Below, piece by piece: positions 37,015 to 49,914 of a stretch of 64,000 nucleotides of DNA. Both the position numbers and the translations under genes were made by a program. The DNA lies in contig CM059438.1 in assembly GCA_030390025.1 (NCBI GenBank), positions 59,956,001-60,020,000 on the forward strand. Direction: 5' to 3'. The DNA comes from Squalus acanthias. Taxonomy: Eukaryota. Numbering within the stretch: the first letter of the stretch is position 1; each line of letters begins with the position of its first letter. A model generated the notes under the pieces. That model was not told the DNA's origin. It was given only the letters and a program-made list of their open reading frames with translations, and ran no database searches.

Positions 37015-37692
37015 TACTGGGGTTGTTCTACTCAGAGCAGAGAAGGTTCAGGGGAGATGTAATAGAGGTGTTCAAAATTATATGGAGTTTTGATAGAGTA
37101 GATAGGGAGAAACTTTGTCCACTGGCAGGAGGGTCAGTAACCAAAGGACACAGACTTAAGTTAATCAGCAAAGGAACCAGAGGGGAGATGAGTTGCGAGT
37201 TGTTCTGTTCTGGAATGCGGAACATTCCAGAACAATTCAATAGTAACTTTTAAAAGGTAATTGAATGAACACTTGAAACCGAAAAATTTGCAGGGCTATG
37301 GGGAACGAGCAGGGGAGTGGGACTAATTGGATAAATCCTTCAAAGAGCCGGCACATAGAAACATAGAAAAATAGGAGCAGGAGTAGGCCATTCGGCCCTT
37401 CGAGCCTGCTCCACCATTCGATATGATCATGGCTGATCCTCTATCTCAATACCATATTCCCGCTCTCTCCCCATACCCCTTGATGCCTTTTATGTCTAGA
37501 AATCTATCTATCTATCTCCTTCTTAAATATATTCAGTGACTTGGCCTCCACAGCCTTCTGTGGTAGAGAATTCCACAGGTTCACCACCCTCTGAGTGAAG
37601 AAATTTCTCCTCATCTCAGTTCTAAATGTCCTACCCCATATCCGCACAGGCACAATGGGCTGAATGGCCTCCTTCCGTGCTGTATAATTCTA
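37015..37692. mobile_element. CR1 3' fragment (+) with a nested CR1 3' fragment (-, about 37354-37642)
   Basis: EQRRFRGDVIEVFKI..REKLCPLAGGSVTKGH on +. A catagaaacatagaaa-tailed piece on -. Confidence 0.75.
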
Positions 37693-38646
37693 TAGCCTCG
37701 ATATTACCCCCTTACCCCCCATGACGGGCAGGAGAGGGTTGGGGTGGGGGGTAAAAATGTAAAAACGGGGAACCAGACCCCAACCTGCGTATGCACCCAT
37801 TGCCGTTTGTACCGCGGCGGGTTTTGTGGCGTCCGAGTGGCCCACGGTGGAGAGGCGAGGCACTTCGTTAACATATTTAAATTGGGCAATTGGGAACCCG
37901 ATTTAAAGTTAACAGCTGCTGGCCGGGTTTCCCAGGGCTCGAGAAACCCGGCAGCGAAGCTCAAGAAGGTAGTGCCTTTTGTAGAAATATGAACTGGTGA
38001 ATTGTGTAAAATGGTCGAGGACTGCGAAAACTGCAGCCACAGTGAGATCTCAAATAAACAAAACCTTGAAGCTGGGGGCCTAGGGCTGCTCAAATAACAT
38101 AGTTAACAGGCCTGCAAGAGATGACAAGCTCGCAGGATGATCGAGTCTACAACAATAGTTAACTCAAGATAAGGGTGACAATCTAGTCTAACAGTTGAGC
38201 AGTCACAAATCACATAATAAGCGACCTCTGGAAATCCCTAAACGACCAAGGATACCAATTGGCTAAGGATGGACACATCTCAGACAAAAGGCCGAATCTG
38301 CACACGGCACATAGGTAGTAAAAATATCGATATAAAAGAAGGGAGCCAAGAGCTAGTTTAGCAGCGAGAACCTAGGAATCACACTCGAGAAGGGAGGAGC
38401 CACAAGTCCGGGACTTGCTGTAGGACATCAGCGCGAAGGCTGATCAACTTTCAAACGGGTAATATTGTTTTAAGCTAGCACACATGGGAAGTGAGCCCTG
38501 TGTCATTTCCCTTGTAAGTTATTCAAACAACTTGTTAACCAATAAAGTACTGAATGTATGCAACTTACTGAGTCCGACCGACATTTGACACTCTGAACTA
38601 AGAACCATAATTGTTGAACTGTTGTTGAGCTGACTACTTATTACTA

Positions 38647-38855
38647 ATGTGAGAAGTCGCACAACACCAGGTTATAGTCCAACAGCTTTATTTGAAATCA
38701 CAAGCTTTCGGAGCGCTGCTCCTTCGTCAGGTGAACGAAGGAGCAGCGCTCCGAAAGCTTGTGATTTCAAATAAAGCTGTTGGACTATAACCTGGTGTTG
38801 TGCGACTTCTCACATTTGTCCACCCCAGTCCAACACCGGCATCTCCACATCATGG
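38647..38855. mobile_element. Mini PLE insertion: inverted + direct 3' terminus (hairpin)
   Basis: 38647-38727 is the reverse complement of about 38735-38815. 13-bp TSD ctacttattacta (38634-38646 / 38856-38868). Confidence 0.88.
38698..38734 (-). ncRNA. Minimal type I hammerhead ribozyme
   Basis: Minus strand tcac-CTGACGA-a-ggagc(agc)gctcc-GAAA-gc-tt-gtga. Confidence 0.75.
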
Positions 38856-39894
38856 CTACTTATTACTAGCTCAATAGATACAGTGAATTCGGGACAACAC
38901 TTTTATAGCACTCCTTGTGGGCCAGTAGAGCAGGAGTGCTACCCCAGGCCCCTCAAGGAAGCCTTCGGCCTCTCTCTCCCCAGCCTTCCCGATTGTGACC
39001 AACCTCTCCCCCCCAAGCCCTGATGGCCTCTCTCTCCAATCTGCCCCCACTCCCGATTGCCGGAGACCGTCCCCAATGGGCCCCGGCTGCGGCCTCCTGC
39101 TGCTGGTTTTCCCGCCGGCCAGCTTCTCAGGTTGGCCAGCTGCCAGGCGTTAAGAGAAGAAAAACGTTAATGAGTTCCTGCTGTTAAATTTGACAGGACC
39201 TCCAGGACCCTGGCCTCACCGGGTTCTTCGGCAGTTTTCGGCCTCCCCCAAATCCTCCCCGTAAATATCGGGGCCTATGATTCTATATTCCTCGGTAGCT
39301 TTACACCAGTCAGGCAGTGGCTGCCAGATTGGAAATGTTCTCCTTTCACCGCCCTCCCCATCAAATTTCCTTCACTCCTTCTCTAAAAGAAGTGGCTCGT
39401 GTGGGTTACCATTCCATTAGTGCTCACAGGTCTCTGGTACCTTTCCCAAATGCCAATTCTTCATGTGTGATCTGAGATGACAGCCTATTCGACCATGGGT
39501 GCCTTCACCACTAGGCTTGATAATGACCACGCCCAATGTCTGGCCACATGCCCTTTTCAGAAGGGCTCACCGGGTGCCAATCAGGAGCAGGAACCTTGAC
39601 CAATTTTAATGCACCCTAACCCAGGGACACTAAGGACACCCACAGTACTCCTCCCACTACTTCAGTTAGGATCAGCTAGTCCAGTCGATATTAAACCTCG
39701 GGCCTGAAATATCCTTCTGTAGGAGTGTGATGCAACAAGCGCAGAGTTTTTGTCTTGTGACAGAGGGAAATTTGGGCCTTTACTTCAGACAACTTCAAAG
39801 CTGCTCGAGTTAAAATGGTAGTTATATATACCCTTACCAAAATTAAATATGGTGGAGCACAGACAATGTGTCCGGCTGATGCCCAAATAACTGG

Positions 39895-40305
39895 TGTTAG
39901 TTGTGGCTCAGTTGGTAGCACTCTCGCCTCTCAGTCAGAAAGTTTGTGGGTTCAATGTCCCACTCCAGATACTTGAGCGCATAATCTAGACTGATATAAT
40001 CAGTGCAGTACTGAGGGAGCACTCCACTGTCGGAGGTGCTGTCTTTCAGATGCGACGTTAAACCGAGGCCCTGTCTGCTCTCTCAGGTGGACATAAAAGA
40101 TCCTGTGGCACTATTTTGAAGAAGAGCAGGGGAGTTCTCCCCGGCGTCCTGGCCAATATTTCTCCCTCAACCAACATCACTAAAACAGATTATCTGGTCA
40201 TTATCACGTTGCTGTTCGTGGGATCTTGCTGTGCGCAAATTAGCTGCCACATTTCCTACAACAGTGACTACACTTCAAAAGTACTTCATTGGCTGTAAAG
40301 GTTGT
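39895..40305 (+). mobile_element. SacSINE1-like DeuSINE, full length with tRNA head
   Basis: A box tggctcagttgg, B box gggttcaatgtccc, Deu core. Further copies at 41570-41930 (+) and 44065-44425 (-). Confidence 0.8.
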
Positions 40306-43184
40306 GAAATGGCCATAAATATAAGATAGTCACTAATAAATCCAGTAGGAAATTCAAGAGTAACATCTTCACCCAGATAATGTTTAGAATGTGGAACTCG
40401 CTACCACAAGGCAGGGTTGAGGCGATTAGCATAGAAGCATTTAAGGGGAAGCTAGATAAAGACATGAGGAGAAAGGAATAGAAGGATATGCTGATAGAGT
40501 GAGATGAAGTAGAGTGAGAGGAGGCTCGTGTGGTGCATAAACACCGGCACAGAGCAGTTGGGCCGAATGGCCTGTTTCTGTGCTGTACATTCTCTGTAAA
40601 TTCTTTCTTTTGTTGGTGCACCTGCTATTGCTGAATGTAAACTGCTGCTGCAGCTTATTCTACCGTCCTGCTTGCTCTAGTAGACGGAGGAATTTTTAAT
40701 TTCACACAACTAATAACTGATATAATCTGCTGCTGATTGGTAGGAAAAGGAAATTGATATTGTGCCCCGTATGAGCTTATACCCTGAGTCATCCTGAGAC
40801 TGCGACAGACCATTCACGTCTGCTGCACTTAGGTTCTAATCCAAGTGGGCCTGTGTGCCAGTGAGAGATGATCTGGCAGGAATGCTGAATTAGCAGGAGT
40901 CGGGCAGGAATTCCCACGTGGGTTACAGGTTCACTGAATTGAGCAGATGTTCGTGGCTTGTACCTCACATCTTGACTTCAGCAGCTTAATCTCACGGGTT
41001 TTTCCATTTCAGGGGAATGATCAGAGATTTCTCTGCATCCCACAAAATGCTGAGTCATTTAAAGCCTAAAGGGAAGGCCACAGGATTCATTGATCGCAAA
41101 ATGGGTTACTGTAAATGCGGTCGAACAGGCTTTTGGGTTTGAGCCATTTTGTGCTCAGTTATTACAAACAAAGCAAAGTCTAAAGCTCACCCTCGCCATC
41201 GGCCGTCTATCACCAGAGCTCCGGTGATGCTGACTGTCCTCCACACCTCTTTAGAACCCTTGTGTTGTGTGCCCCCGGTCGCTCTTTCAACGACTTGTTC
41301 TGTACTGCGGCTGGGTCGCGGTTTGCAGCTTGTGTGCACCGTTGGCTAATTCAATGATTATCCCATCCACCTTTTGACAGTAATTCCTCCATCCAGGGTC
41401 CCACTCCCCTCCTCCAGGGGCTCGCCCGCCCGCAGGCGTCAGCCCTTTCTGGAGGTGCCCGGGTTAATTCACCGCCACTAGGCATTGATCAACCACGGGT
41501 AGCGCCGTCTACTGTCATTACGGCAGCAGGTTTTAACACCAGACCTGACTCCAACCAGCCACATATGCATCCCCAGTGCTGTACCGAGGGAGCGCTGCAC
41601 TGCTGGAGGGGCCGCCTTTCGGATGAGACGTTAAACCGAGGCCCCGTCTGCCCTCTCAGGTGGATGTAAAAGATCCCATGGCGCTATTTCGAAGAAGAAC
41701 AGGGGAGCTATCCCCGGTGCCCTGGCCAATACTTATCCCTCAACCAACATCACTAAAACAGATTATCTGGTCATTGTCACATTGCTGTTTGTGGGATCTT
41801 GCAGTGCGCAAATTGGCTGCCGCGTTTCCTACATTACAACACTGCAAAAGTAATTCATTGGTTGTAAAGCGCTTTGAGACGTCCTGAGGTTGTAAAAGAC
41901 ACTGTATAAATGCAAGTTATTTCTTTCTTTCTCTTTCTATCTCTCTTTCTCTCTTTCATTCAAGTAATCAGCAAAGTGAGTAGCACTGTTGCTATGCAAC
42001 AAAGCTAGCAGCAGTGCTCCAGTCTGGTGCTGCAAAGTTCCTTGAGCAGTGGGACTCTATGGTAACGAGGAGTGTTACAGCCAGACTGTCTGCCTCAAGG
42101 CTCTGCACCATGTAATGTCTGGTTTGCTGTCAACAATGAGGAAAGAATCAGCACAGTGGCCATGAGATTCAGGTTTTACGGAGAGCTGTCACTTAACCCT
42201 TTGCATCTTGTTCCCGAGGATTGATTTAGATCCAATTTTTCTTCTGTGCGGTACCCGTTACCATAAATTAGGAAGTACCCTTACATTACAAATCTTTATC
42301 TGAGAGTAGTTTGCCCTTATATTAACTAAGAGTGATCTGCCAGCTACCATGGTGGAGTACACACTCATACTCATCAAAACGCACAGAGTGGTAGCGTGGG
42401 CCGGATCCTGGGGTGGGGGAGGCGGGATCCGATCTCCGATCCCGGGAGATCCAATTGGCGGGGGGGGGGGGGGGATTATCTTTGGAGCCGGGTGGGTTCC
42501 AATGGTGGACAGGGTAGCGGGCAAGCTTGGTGGGCTGGGAGGAAGCACCTCTTGCTCCTCTTAGCCCACAAGCAATGCTGTAAAGGCACCTTACCTCTTG
42601 CACGAAGTGGTCCTCGCCTCCCTTTAGCTGCCGGGTTTCCCGAGGCCCAGGAAACCCAGCTGGCCAGGGTTAAACCTGGAAGATAGGTTAATTATAAGAC
42701 ACGCGGCGTCATTATAATATTTAAATGGTCAGCCCGGCTCCTGGGAGCGGGTTAGTTGCCCGCCCCCTGCCCCACCTCTGTTAAAACTAGAAGTGGGCGG
42801 GTTGGGGTCGGGTTTGAGATTTTAAAAATTTTAACATCCCAGCCAACCCCCCATTTTTTGTGGTTAAAATTACCCACGAAGAGTCTGTTTGCTCTACAAT
42901 TGGCGTGGAAAGGAGTTGGTCTGCCAGGATGGACATGTTGGGCGACCAATGGCGGGAGCGTGGGGGCGGGGTGGGGCGTTTGGAGGCGGGAGGTCATGTG
43001 CTGGGCAGGCGGAGTTCAAATCGGCCCCTCTATCTTTGAACACTAACCGTTCCTGTTGCATAGAAACATAGAAACATAGAATCTAGGAGCAGGAGTAGGC
43101 CATTCGGCCCGTCGAGCCTGCTCCACCATTCAATACGATCATGGCTGATCATCCAAGTCCAGTACCCTGTCCCTGCTTTAATCC

Positions 43185-43492
43185 CCACAGTACACATATC
43201 CCACCCTACCCCCGTAACCCCACGTATTTAATTCCCCCTAACATATCCCATCCTATCCCCATAACCCCACATATTTAATCCCCCCCTAACACTAAGGGTC
43301 AATTTATCATAGCCAAATCAACCTAACCCACACATTTTTGGACTGTGGGAGGAAACCGGAGCTCCCGGAGGAAACCCACGCAGACACGGGGAGAATGTGC
43401 AAACTCCACACAGACAGTCACCCGAGGTCAGATTCGAAGCCGGGTCCCTGGCGCTGTGAGGCACCAGTGCTAACCACTATGCCACCGTGTTG
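43185..43492 (-). mobile_element. HE1-type V-SINE (CR1 3' tail fragment adjacent at 43059-43175)
   Basis: Reverse complement of 20947-21200, with a short internal duplication at 43195-43290. Confidence 0.85.
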
Positions 43493-44113
43493 CGTGCAAC
43501 GATCTAAGCTACAAGGTAGCATGTGTGTAGAAGGAGGCCCCGAATGGATTGGCTCTGTGTTGAGTGCAGTATTGGTGACCCGGGCACAACCCTCTTCTTC
43601 ATTCAGACATCATTATGCTCACTGCCATAAATGGTAAAGTTTTTGCTGTTTTATGTTTGAAGTAAAACAAAATCGCCAGTACCATATTTCACAACCCTGG
43701 TTTTTTTTTGTTAAAGTGTCCTTTTGCTATTTGATGGAGTGGAGTTGCCGTTCTCCTTGTAAACTGCATTGGTTCGTTAGGTTAATGATCTTGATATAAA
43801 TAGCAGGTCCTGTGTTTTTCAGACGTTGACAAGATGGGACTCTTTTTAAATTGCTCCCTGACCTGCAATTTAAAATAAGGAATTGTTTATGTGAATTTCC
43901 TCATCGTGCAACATCAGACTCAAATGTGTCTCACTGTGATTGTGTGTTGAAAGGGCGACAAAGTATTATACCACTGTGATTGCGTTTGGTATGATCATTA
44001 AAATCTGTCTGCTTACTTTCTTAAAAGAAATTGAGTGGCTGAAGCCAAGGCATATCTATAGTAAAGGAAAGAAAGACTTGCATTTATTTAGCGCCTTTCA
44101 TGACCCTCAGGAC

Positions 44114-44276
44114 CAATGTTCCCACTAAGGTGCGGTGTGCGCGGCGGCGCAGTAATCTGAAAGGTCGCGCACGGGCCGCTCACCTGCAAAAACCGCACAG
44201 GCACAGAAATTTAAAGGGACCACGCATTAAAAGAAACAGGCCGCGCAGAACAATGCGCAGCTTATAGGAAACGTTG
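44114..44276. mobile_element. 163-bp hAT MITE nested in a DeuSINE
   Basis: Imperfect TIR caatgttcccactaag / cttataggaaacgttg with an 8-bp TSD ctcaggac / ctcaggat. Confidence 0.75.
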
Positions 44277-45874
44277 CTCAGGATGTCCCAGAGCGTTTCA
44301 GCCAACAAAGTACTTTCTGAAGTGTAGCTACTGTTGTAATGTAGGAAACGCGGCAGCCAACATGCGCACAGCAAGCTCCCGCAAACAGCAAGGGGACAAT
44401 GGCCAGATAATCTATTTTAGTGATGTTGGCTGTTCTAACCAGACGAACGTCTTGACCACTGTGTCCAAATCTGGTCGCCGAGACAGAGCGGGGAAGAGCA
44501 ACGAGGCTCATCCCTCGTGTCAGGAGTCGAGTTCTGAGGCGGAGCTGGTGAAACTTTCCAGGGCTTTCCACCTGGAAAGGCGGTATCTCAGAGGTAATCT
44601 TATGGACATATAAATTAAGGGAATAGAAAACGAAAATCCAGAATAATACTTTAAAAGAAACCCTGGAATCATTTAACAACATCAACAACAAGAACTTGCA
44701 TTTCCTCAGCACCTTTAATGTAGTAAAGCATCCCGAGGCGCTTCACAGAAGTGTTAATGGATAAAAATTGACACCAAGCTAAAGAAGGCGATGTTAGGAC
44801 AGGTGACCAAAAGTTTGGTCAAAGAGGTAGGTTTTAAGAAGCGTCTTAAAGGAGGAGGGAGAGGTGGAGAGGCGGAGAGGTTTAAGGAGGGACTTCCCAA
44901 AGAAACAACTGGATGCTAAAATGGGAGACAGTCGAGCCTTTCCGGATGGTTGAATTAAGATGGGGTGAATAGTCTTCCTCATTCATCATTACCTGTGATC
45001 TTAGTGCAGGTTCCTGGGTCAGCATTCAGGCACACTGGATCGCCTGGGTGCAGTGAACATCAGGAAATCGGGTGGGTTCCTGCACTCCGTCCCACTGGCC
45101 GGCAGGTGTCAGAGAAAGTGATCCTGAGGAAGCAATCACCATTCTTCATGGCTGGGCCATCCAAACAGTTACATTCTGGACGTTGGCGAGGCCAGTTCTG
45201 CGGTGCAATGTCTGCAGCAGAGTTTGGAACAGAATCTGGATTCAGCCGGGTTCTACCGCTTTCAGGCCTCATTGAAAACTCTGGCACTTTAGGAGTTGGG
45301 GCCCAGACAACACCTACCTGTATAACGCTCCTGTGAAGAGCCTTGGGACGTTTTACTGTGCTAAAGGCACTATATAAATGCAAGTTGTTGTTCTTGATGC
45401 CCACATATGGGCAGTGTATTGTAATCCGATGTAAACCATGGAAATACGACTTCATGTTTCAGGATTTTGACCATCTTTTTCTGGACTGAAAGGATTTGGG
45501 GGATTGAGTTATGCTTAAGTGTTGTGTTTGAAAACAAAGTGAATTCACACGGGCTAAAAACAAAGCCATTGTCAATGTGTATTAAAGCTGGACGGGTCAG
45601 TTTGTGGAAAGTCACAACTGATACAGTGAAGGTCATTTGTCTTACCTTAGGCCCCTGAACCAGGATGGTCTCCATTCATCTTGAGAAAAGCAAGAGATGT
45701 TCTCTTTAAACCCACACCTGGGTGTGGGGGGATGGGAGGGAAGGAGAGGTAGCAGTTTTACTTGCAATTCTATTGGCAAATCACTAGGTGGGCTGCATGA
45801 ATGATTCCCAGCTAACAACACCAGTTACCCAGATAGACATAAAAAGCTGGGTCTATTTACATTAAAGATACATA

Positions 45875-46322
45875 GGTCTAGAAATTCGATGGTGCCGGGC
45901 CTGTTTTTCAGGTGCCAAGCGGGCGCTTAAGCTTCCAATACGGCGGGCAGGAAGCATATGCCCATTACGAGTCTGAAGTGCACCACCCACCATAATGGTA
46001 TAGGCAATAAAATAGGTGTCTATGGGCCGGGCCGGGCGTTAGGACCTTGTTATATGCAAATAAGGGACCTAGCACCTGTTCGAGGCCCCCTGTGCAAAAT
46101 TGGGTTGCCCTGAACACATCCATTGGCATCCCCCCCCGACGCCCCTCCTCTTCTGTTCGCCACCCTCATACCCTCCCCCCCCCCCCCCCCCACCTTTAAG
46201 GCCTACCTGTGGGTCATGGTCCAGAGGTGTTCACTGGTGAGCTGCCTGGGGACGCTCTGCAGGTGTCTGCAGCTCACCGGTCTGAAGTTAATGAGGCCCG
46301 AAGCCCAACGAATTTCTAGGCC
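45875..46322. mobile_element. Harbinger-like MITE
   Basis: TIR ggtctagaaattcg / cgaatttctaggcc. TSD not preserved. Confidence 0.55.
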
Positions 46323-46777
46323 GGGGCTCTCTGACAGAGGTGTTGAGAGTAATGAAGGGACTAGACTGTGCTCATATTGACAGACTATTTCAATCAGGTA
46401 AGTTAGGGAGGACCAGGAGTCATGCGTCCAAGTTGCACAAGAGTGAAACTAGGTTAGGTGTTAGGAGGTTCTGCTTTCCCCAGAGGATAGCAGACGTATG
46501 GAACAAGTTGCCAGCTCGTGTGATGAATGCTGATTCGCTGCATACTTTCAAAATCGAGCTGAGCCGGTTCCCGACTGGGATGGAGATCACGGCATACAAA
46601 AGGTAGGTAGCATACTAAGTAATATAAATCATGGTCAGTGTGGTCTCCTGGACTAGTTTTGAACGCCTAAGCGGGTTGGAAAGGAATTTTCCAAATTTTT
46701 TCCCCCTAAGTTGGCCTTGGGTTTTCATGTTTTTTTCTGCCTGTCCCATAAGGTAACATGGCTGCTGGTGAGTGGGG

Positions 46778-47160
46778 TTGGGTTGCCAACTCTGGTTGGA
46801 CCAGTTACCCAGGAGGTTTGATTATGTGACCTCCCTCCTCCAACGGCCTCAACCCCACCATTAGTCGCCCAACAAGTCCATTCTCGCAGAGCACCACTTT
46901 CCCACATTAATCGTAAGCAAACAGACTCTTCATCACCCGAATGGATGACTCTTGACTGTCGGACAAACGGCCTTTTCTTCCCCCATCTCCGATATTTTTA
47001 CAACTAGAAAATAAAAGTGTTCAAAGAAAATGAAAAAGACATACCTTTTTTTTAATGCCGCAATGATTTTTCTCCCAGGATTTGCTGGAAGCAGTTGTCC
47101 AGGACATGAAACTTTAATTCCTGGGGACTCCAGAACAATCATGGAGGCTTGGCAAGCCTA
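46778..47160. mobile_element. hAT MITE (TAGGGTTGCC-type termini)
   Basis: ttgggttgccaa / ttggcaagccta termini with an 8-bp TSD gagtgggg / gggtgggg. Confidence 0.6.
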
Positions 47161-47328
47161 GGGTGGGGGGTGTTGTGAATCATGTAGCTTAAGGCACGAC
47201 GACTGTGTGCAGCAGGCTTGACGGACTATCTTTTCCTGTCAATCATTTACGTGTGCTCATATGTTCACTAACAGGGGGAAGTTAGTGTCACAGCCCGCCC
47301 ACTGGATGACGATACAGAGAGAAGGGAC

Positions 47329-47700
47329 ATGTGGGACTTCAGTTACGTGAAGAGACTAGAGAAGCTGGAATTGTTCTCCTTAGAGAAGAGAAGATTGAGA
47401 GGAGATTTAATAGAGGCGTTCAAAAACAGGAAGGATGTTGATAGAGTAAATAAGGAGAAACTGTTTCCACTGATAGGAGGGTCGGTAACCAGAGGACACA
47501 GATTTAAGGTAATTGGCAAAAGAACCAGAGGGGAGATGAGGATTTTTTTTTTATGCAGCGAGTTGTTATGATCTGGAATGCACTGCCTGAAAAGAAGATT
47601 CAATAATAACTTTCAAAAGGGAATTGGATAAATACTTGAAGGGGAGAAAATTGCAGGGCTCTGGAGAAAGAGCAGGGCAGTGGGACTAATTGGATAGCTC
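47329..47700 (+). mobile_element. CR1/HER1 LINE 3' fragment
   Basis: FSYVKRLEKLELFSLEKRRLRGDLIEAFK..TRGHRFKV. Confidence 0.85.
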
Positions 47701-48959
47701 ATACACTGGTCTGCCACCTTTGGTGAGGAGTTATGCCTTCCACTTCTACTATTTCCATTTTATAAAACTCTTTCAAAACAACCAATCGATTAGGTTTGCA
47801 GTTGTTGTTACAGTTGAAAGAAAGAAAGAAGGATTGAATTTCTATAGCGCCTTTCACGATCTCAGGACGTCCCAAAGCGCTTTACAATAAAGTAGTTTTT
47901 GAAGTGTAGTCACTGTTAGAATGTAGGAGAGACAGAAAAAGAGAGGAGACAAGATGAATAAGAGTGAAGAGAAGGGTGAGTTTTCACTGGTTGCTGTGTG
48001 AAGCCACTGTTTTATGGAATTGAACAATATCCCACCACTGTCAGAAGTGGGCAGACTGTGATCGATAGTTTTTTGTTGGGTAAGGGTATCACGGGATATG
48101 GAGCTAAGGTGGGTAAGTGGAGTTGAGGTGCAGCTCAGCTGTGATCGAATTGAATGGCGGAGCAGGCTCGAGGGGCTGAATGGCCTCCTCCTGTTTCTAA
48201 TAAGTTGTATAAATCGTGAATACTTTTAGAATGTCACAGCGCAAGGAAATAATTCAGCATTAAGTGCACGGTCTGTGTGTAGAGCTGAGATAAGCTGGCA
48301 TTTGAAAGCAGGACCACACGGTGGTTTACAGTTGGAACGTTACGGGCCTCTTTGCAGCCACTGGCACTGGTTTTGTTATTGGAGCTTGTGTCTTCAGCAG
48401 TGACTGAAGTCAAGTTAATGGAAGCATTCAAACTCCCCTTTGGAATTAGATCTCAAAATCCTGATTACCTGAATCTGAATGACATTTTAAATCATAGAAT
48501 TTTACAGCACAGGAGGAAGCCATTCGGTCCATCGTGCCTGTGCCGGCTCTTTGAAAGAGCTATCCTAATAGTCCCACTCAACCCTGTTCATTCCCCATAG
48601 CCCTGTGAATTCTTCCCCTTCAAGTATTTATCCAATTCCCTATTGAAAGTTCCTATTGAATCTGCTTCCAACACCATTTCAGGCAGTGCATTCCAGATCA
48701 TAACAACTCGCTGCATAAAAGAAAATTCTCCTCATCTCCCCTCTGGTTCTTAACGAACAAATAAAAGTTGTCTCTGAAAGATGCAGCAGGATTAAAATGT
48801 TAATCTGATATATGAAAATATAAGTGAGGGATAAAGGCTCCTTGGGCCACTGGGGAACATGGAGAGATCAGATCCATTAAAACAGAAGGCAATCTGGATA
48901 GATGACGGCAATTGGATTAGTGGAAAACGATAAAACATCAGACCCAACTAGAGTACCAG

Positions 48960-49350
48960 GCATAAAAACAGAAAATGCTGGAAGTACTCAGCAGGTCAGG
49001 CAGCATCTGTTGAGAGAGAAACAGAGTTAACGTTTCAGGTCGATGACCTTTCGTCAGAACTGGAAAAAGCTGGAGATGTAACAGGTTTTTAAGCAAGTGT
49101 AGGGGCAGGGAGAGATGGGAAGGGGAGGAAAGAACAAAAGGGAAGGTCTGTGATAGGATGGAAGGCAGGAGAGATTAAGAGACAAAAGGGATGATGGTGC
49201 AAGGCCAAAGGAGATGGTAATGGGACAAGTTAAGAAACAAATGATGACTCTAGATGAAGTGTAAATGGCAATGGCTGAATGATTGACAGCTGCCATGTGA
49301 GAGAGAAAAAAACAAAATGGAAAAAAAACATAGGGGCAGAGGTAGCAGGT
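48960..49350 (-). mobile_element. PLE (second family) 3' UTR fragment
   Basis: Matches the 3' UTR at 51140-51490 of the GIY-YIG/RT-bearing PLE. Flanked by a repeated ctagagtaccaggca (48948-48962 / 49354-49368). Confidence 0.8.
49025..49061 (-). ncRNA. Minimal type I hammerhead ribozyme
   Basis: Minus strand agtt-CTGACGA-a-aggtc(atc)gacct-GAAA-cg-tt-aact. Confidence 0.75.
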
Positions 49351-49914
49351 TGCCTAGAGTACCAGGCAACTCAGAGCCAGATAGAAGGAAATTAAAAGTA
49401 CTGTACATGAGGAGAAAGGAATAGAAGGATATCCTGATAGGGTGAGAAGTAGTAGTAAGGTGGGAGGAGGATTGTGTGGAGCAGAAACACTGGCATGGAC
49501 CAGTTGGGTCGAATGGCCTGTAATTTCTATGTAATATTTTGTGCAAAACATATTTTGTGGTGCCCCTTAAAAAAACAAAATAAATAGCTCAGATATCGCG
49601 AGCACTTAAGGTTCAGAGTTAGCCGTTAGACATTCAAGCCCAAACTGGAATGAGAATTATAAGGCACGACCAGCAGCAGGCTGTACCGTGTTTCGACACA
49701 TATTGGATAATAGCTCTTCCACATTCTTCGCACGAGCTACCTCCTTACTTGCGTGTTCCTGAGATTTACTTCCAACAGCAACAGTGATAAATCACAGCTC
49801 AAGTTTGTAGTAAGACTTGTGTCTGCATTTTGCAGTTAATCAACATTAGAAAAGAAAGTTTAAAAACCTGTCACTAAAAGAGCAGTTGTTTTCAATCTAG
49901 AGATTGCCTGGTTT

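Larger units (their letters stand above)
37980..38899 (+). mobile_element. Solo LTR (about 700 bp after removing the nested PLE)
   Basis: TGT..ACA termini, 4-bp TSD CTTT (37976-37979 / 38900-38903), TATAAAA at 38331, AATAAA at 38541. Confidence 0.8.
37695..39275. mobile_element. Harbinger-like MITE hosting a solo LTR
   Basis: Termini gcctcgatatt.. / ..aatatcggggcc. GC-rich body similar to 42540-42700. Confidence 0.55.

Noticed and set aside
39895..39975. tRNA genes (also 5652, 20947, 24175, 32770-32855, 43420)
   Set aside because: A/B boxes run directly into SINE/LINE bodies and no complete cloverleaf is evident.
40620..41570. Possible host exons or enhancers in non-repetitive stretches (also 31500-31780, 35580-36250, 43500-44060)
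   Set aside because: Isolated acceptor-like sites exist, but there is no convincing exon with paired donor and recognisable protein. Cannot be supported without alignment or RNA-seq.
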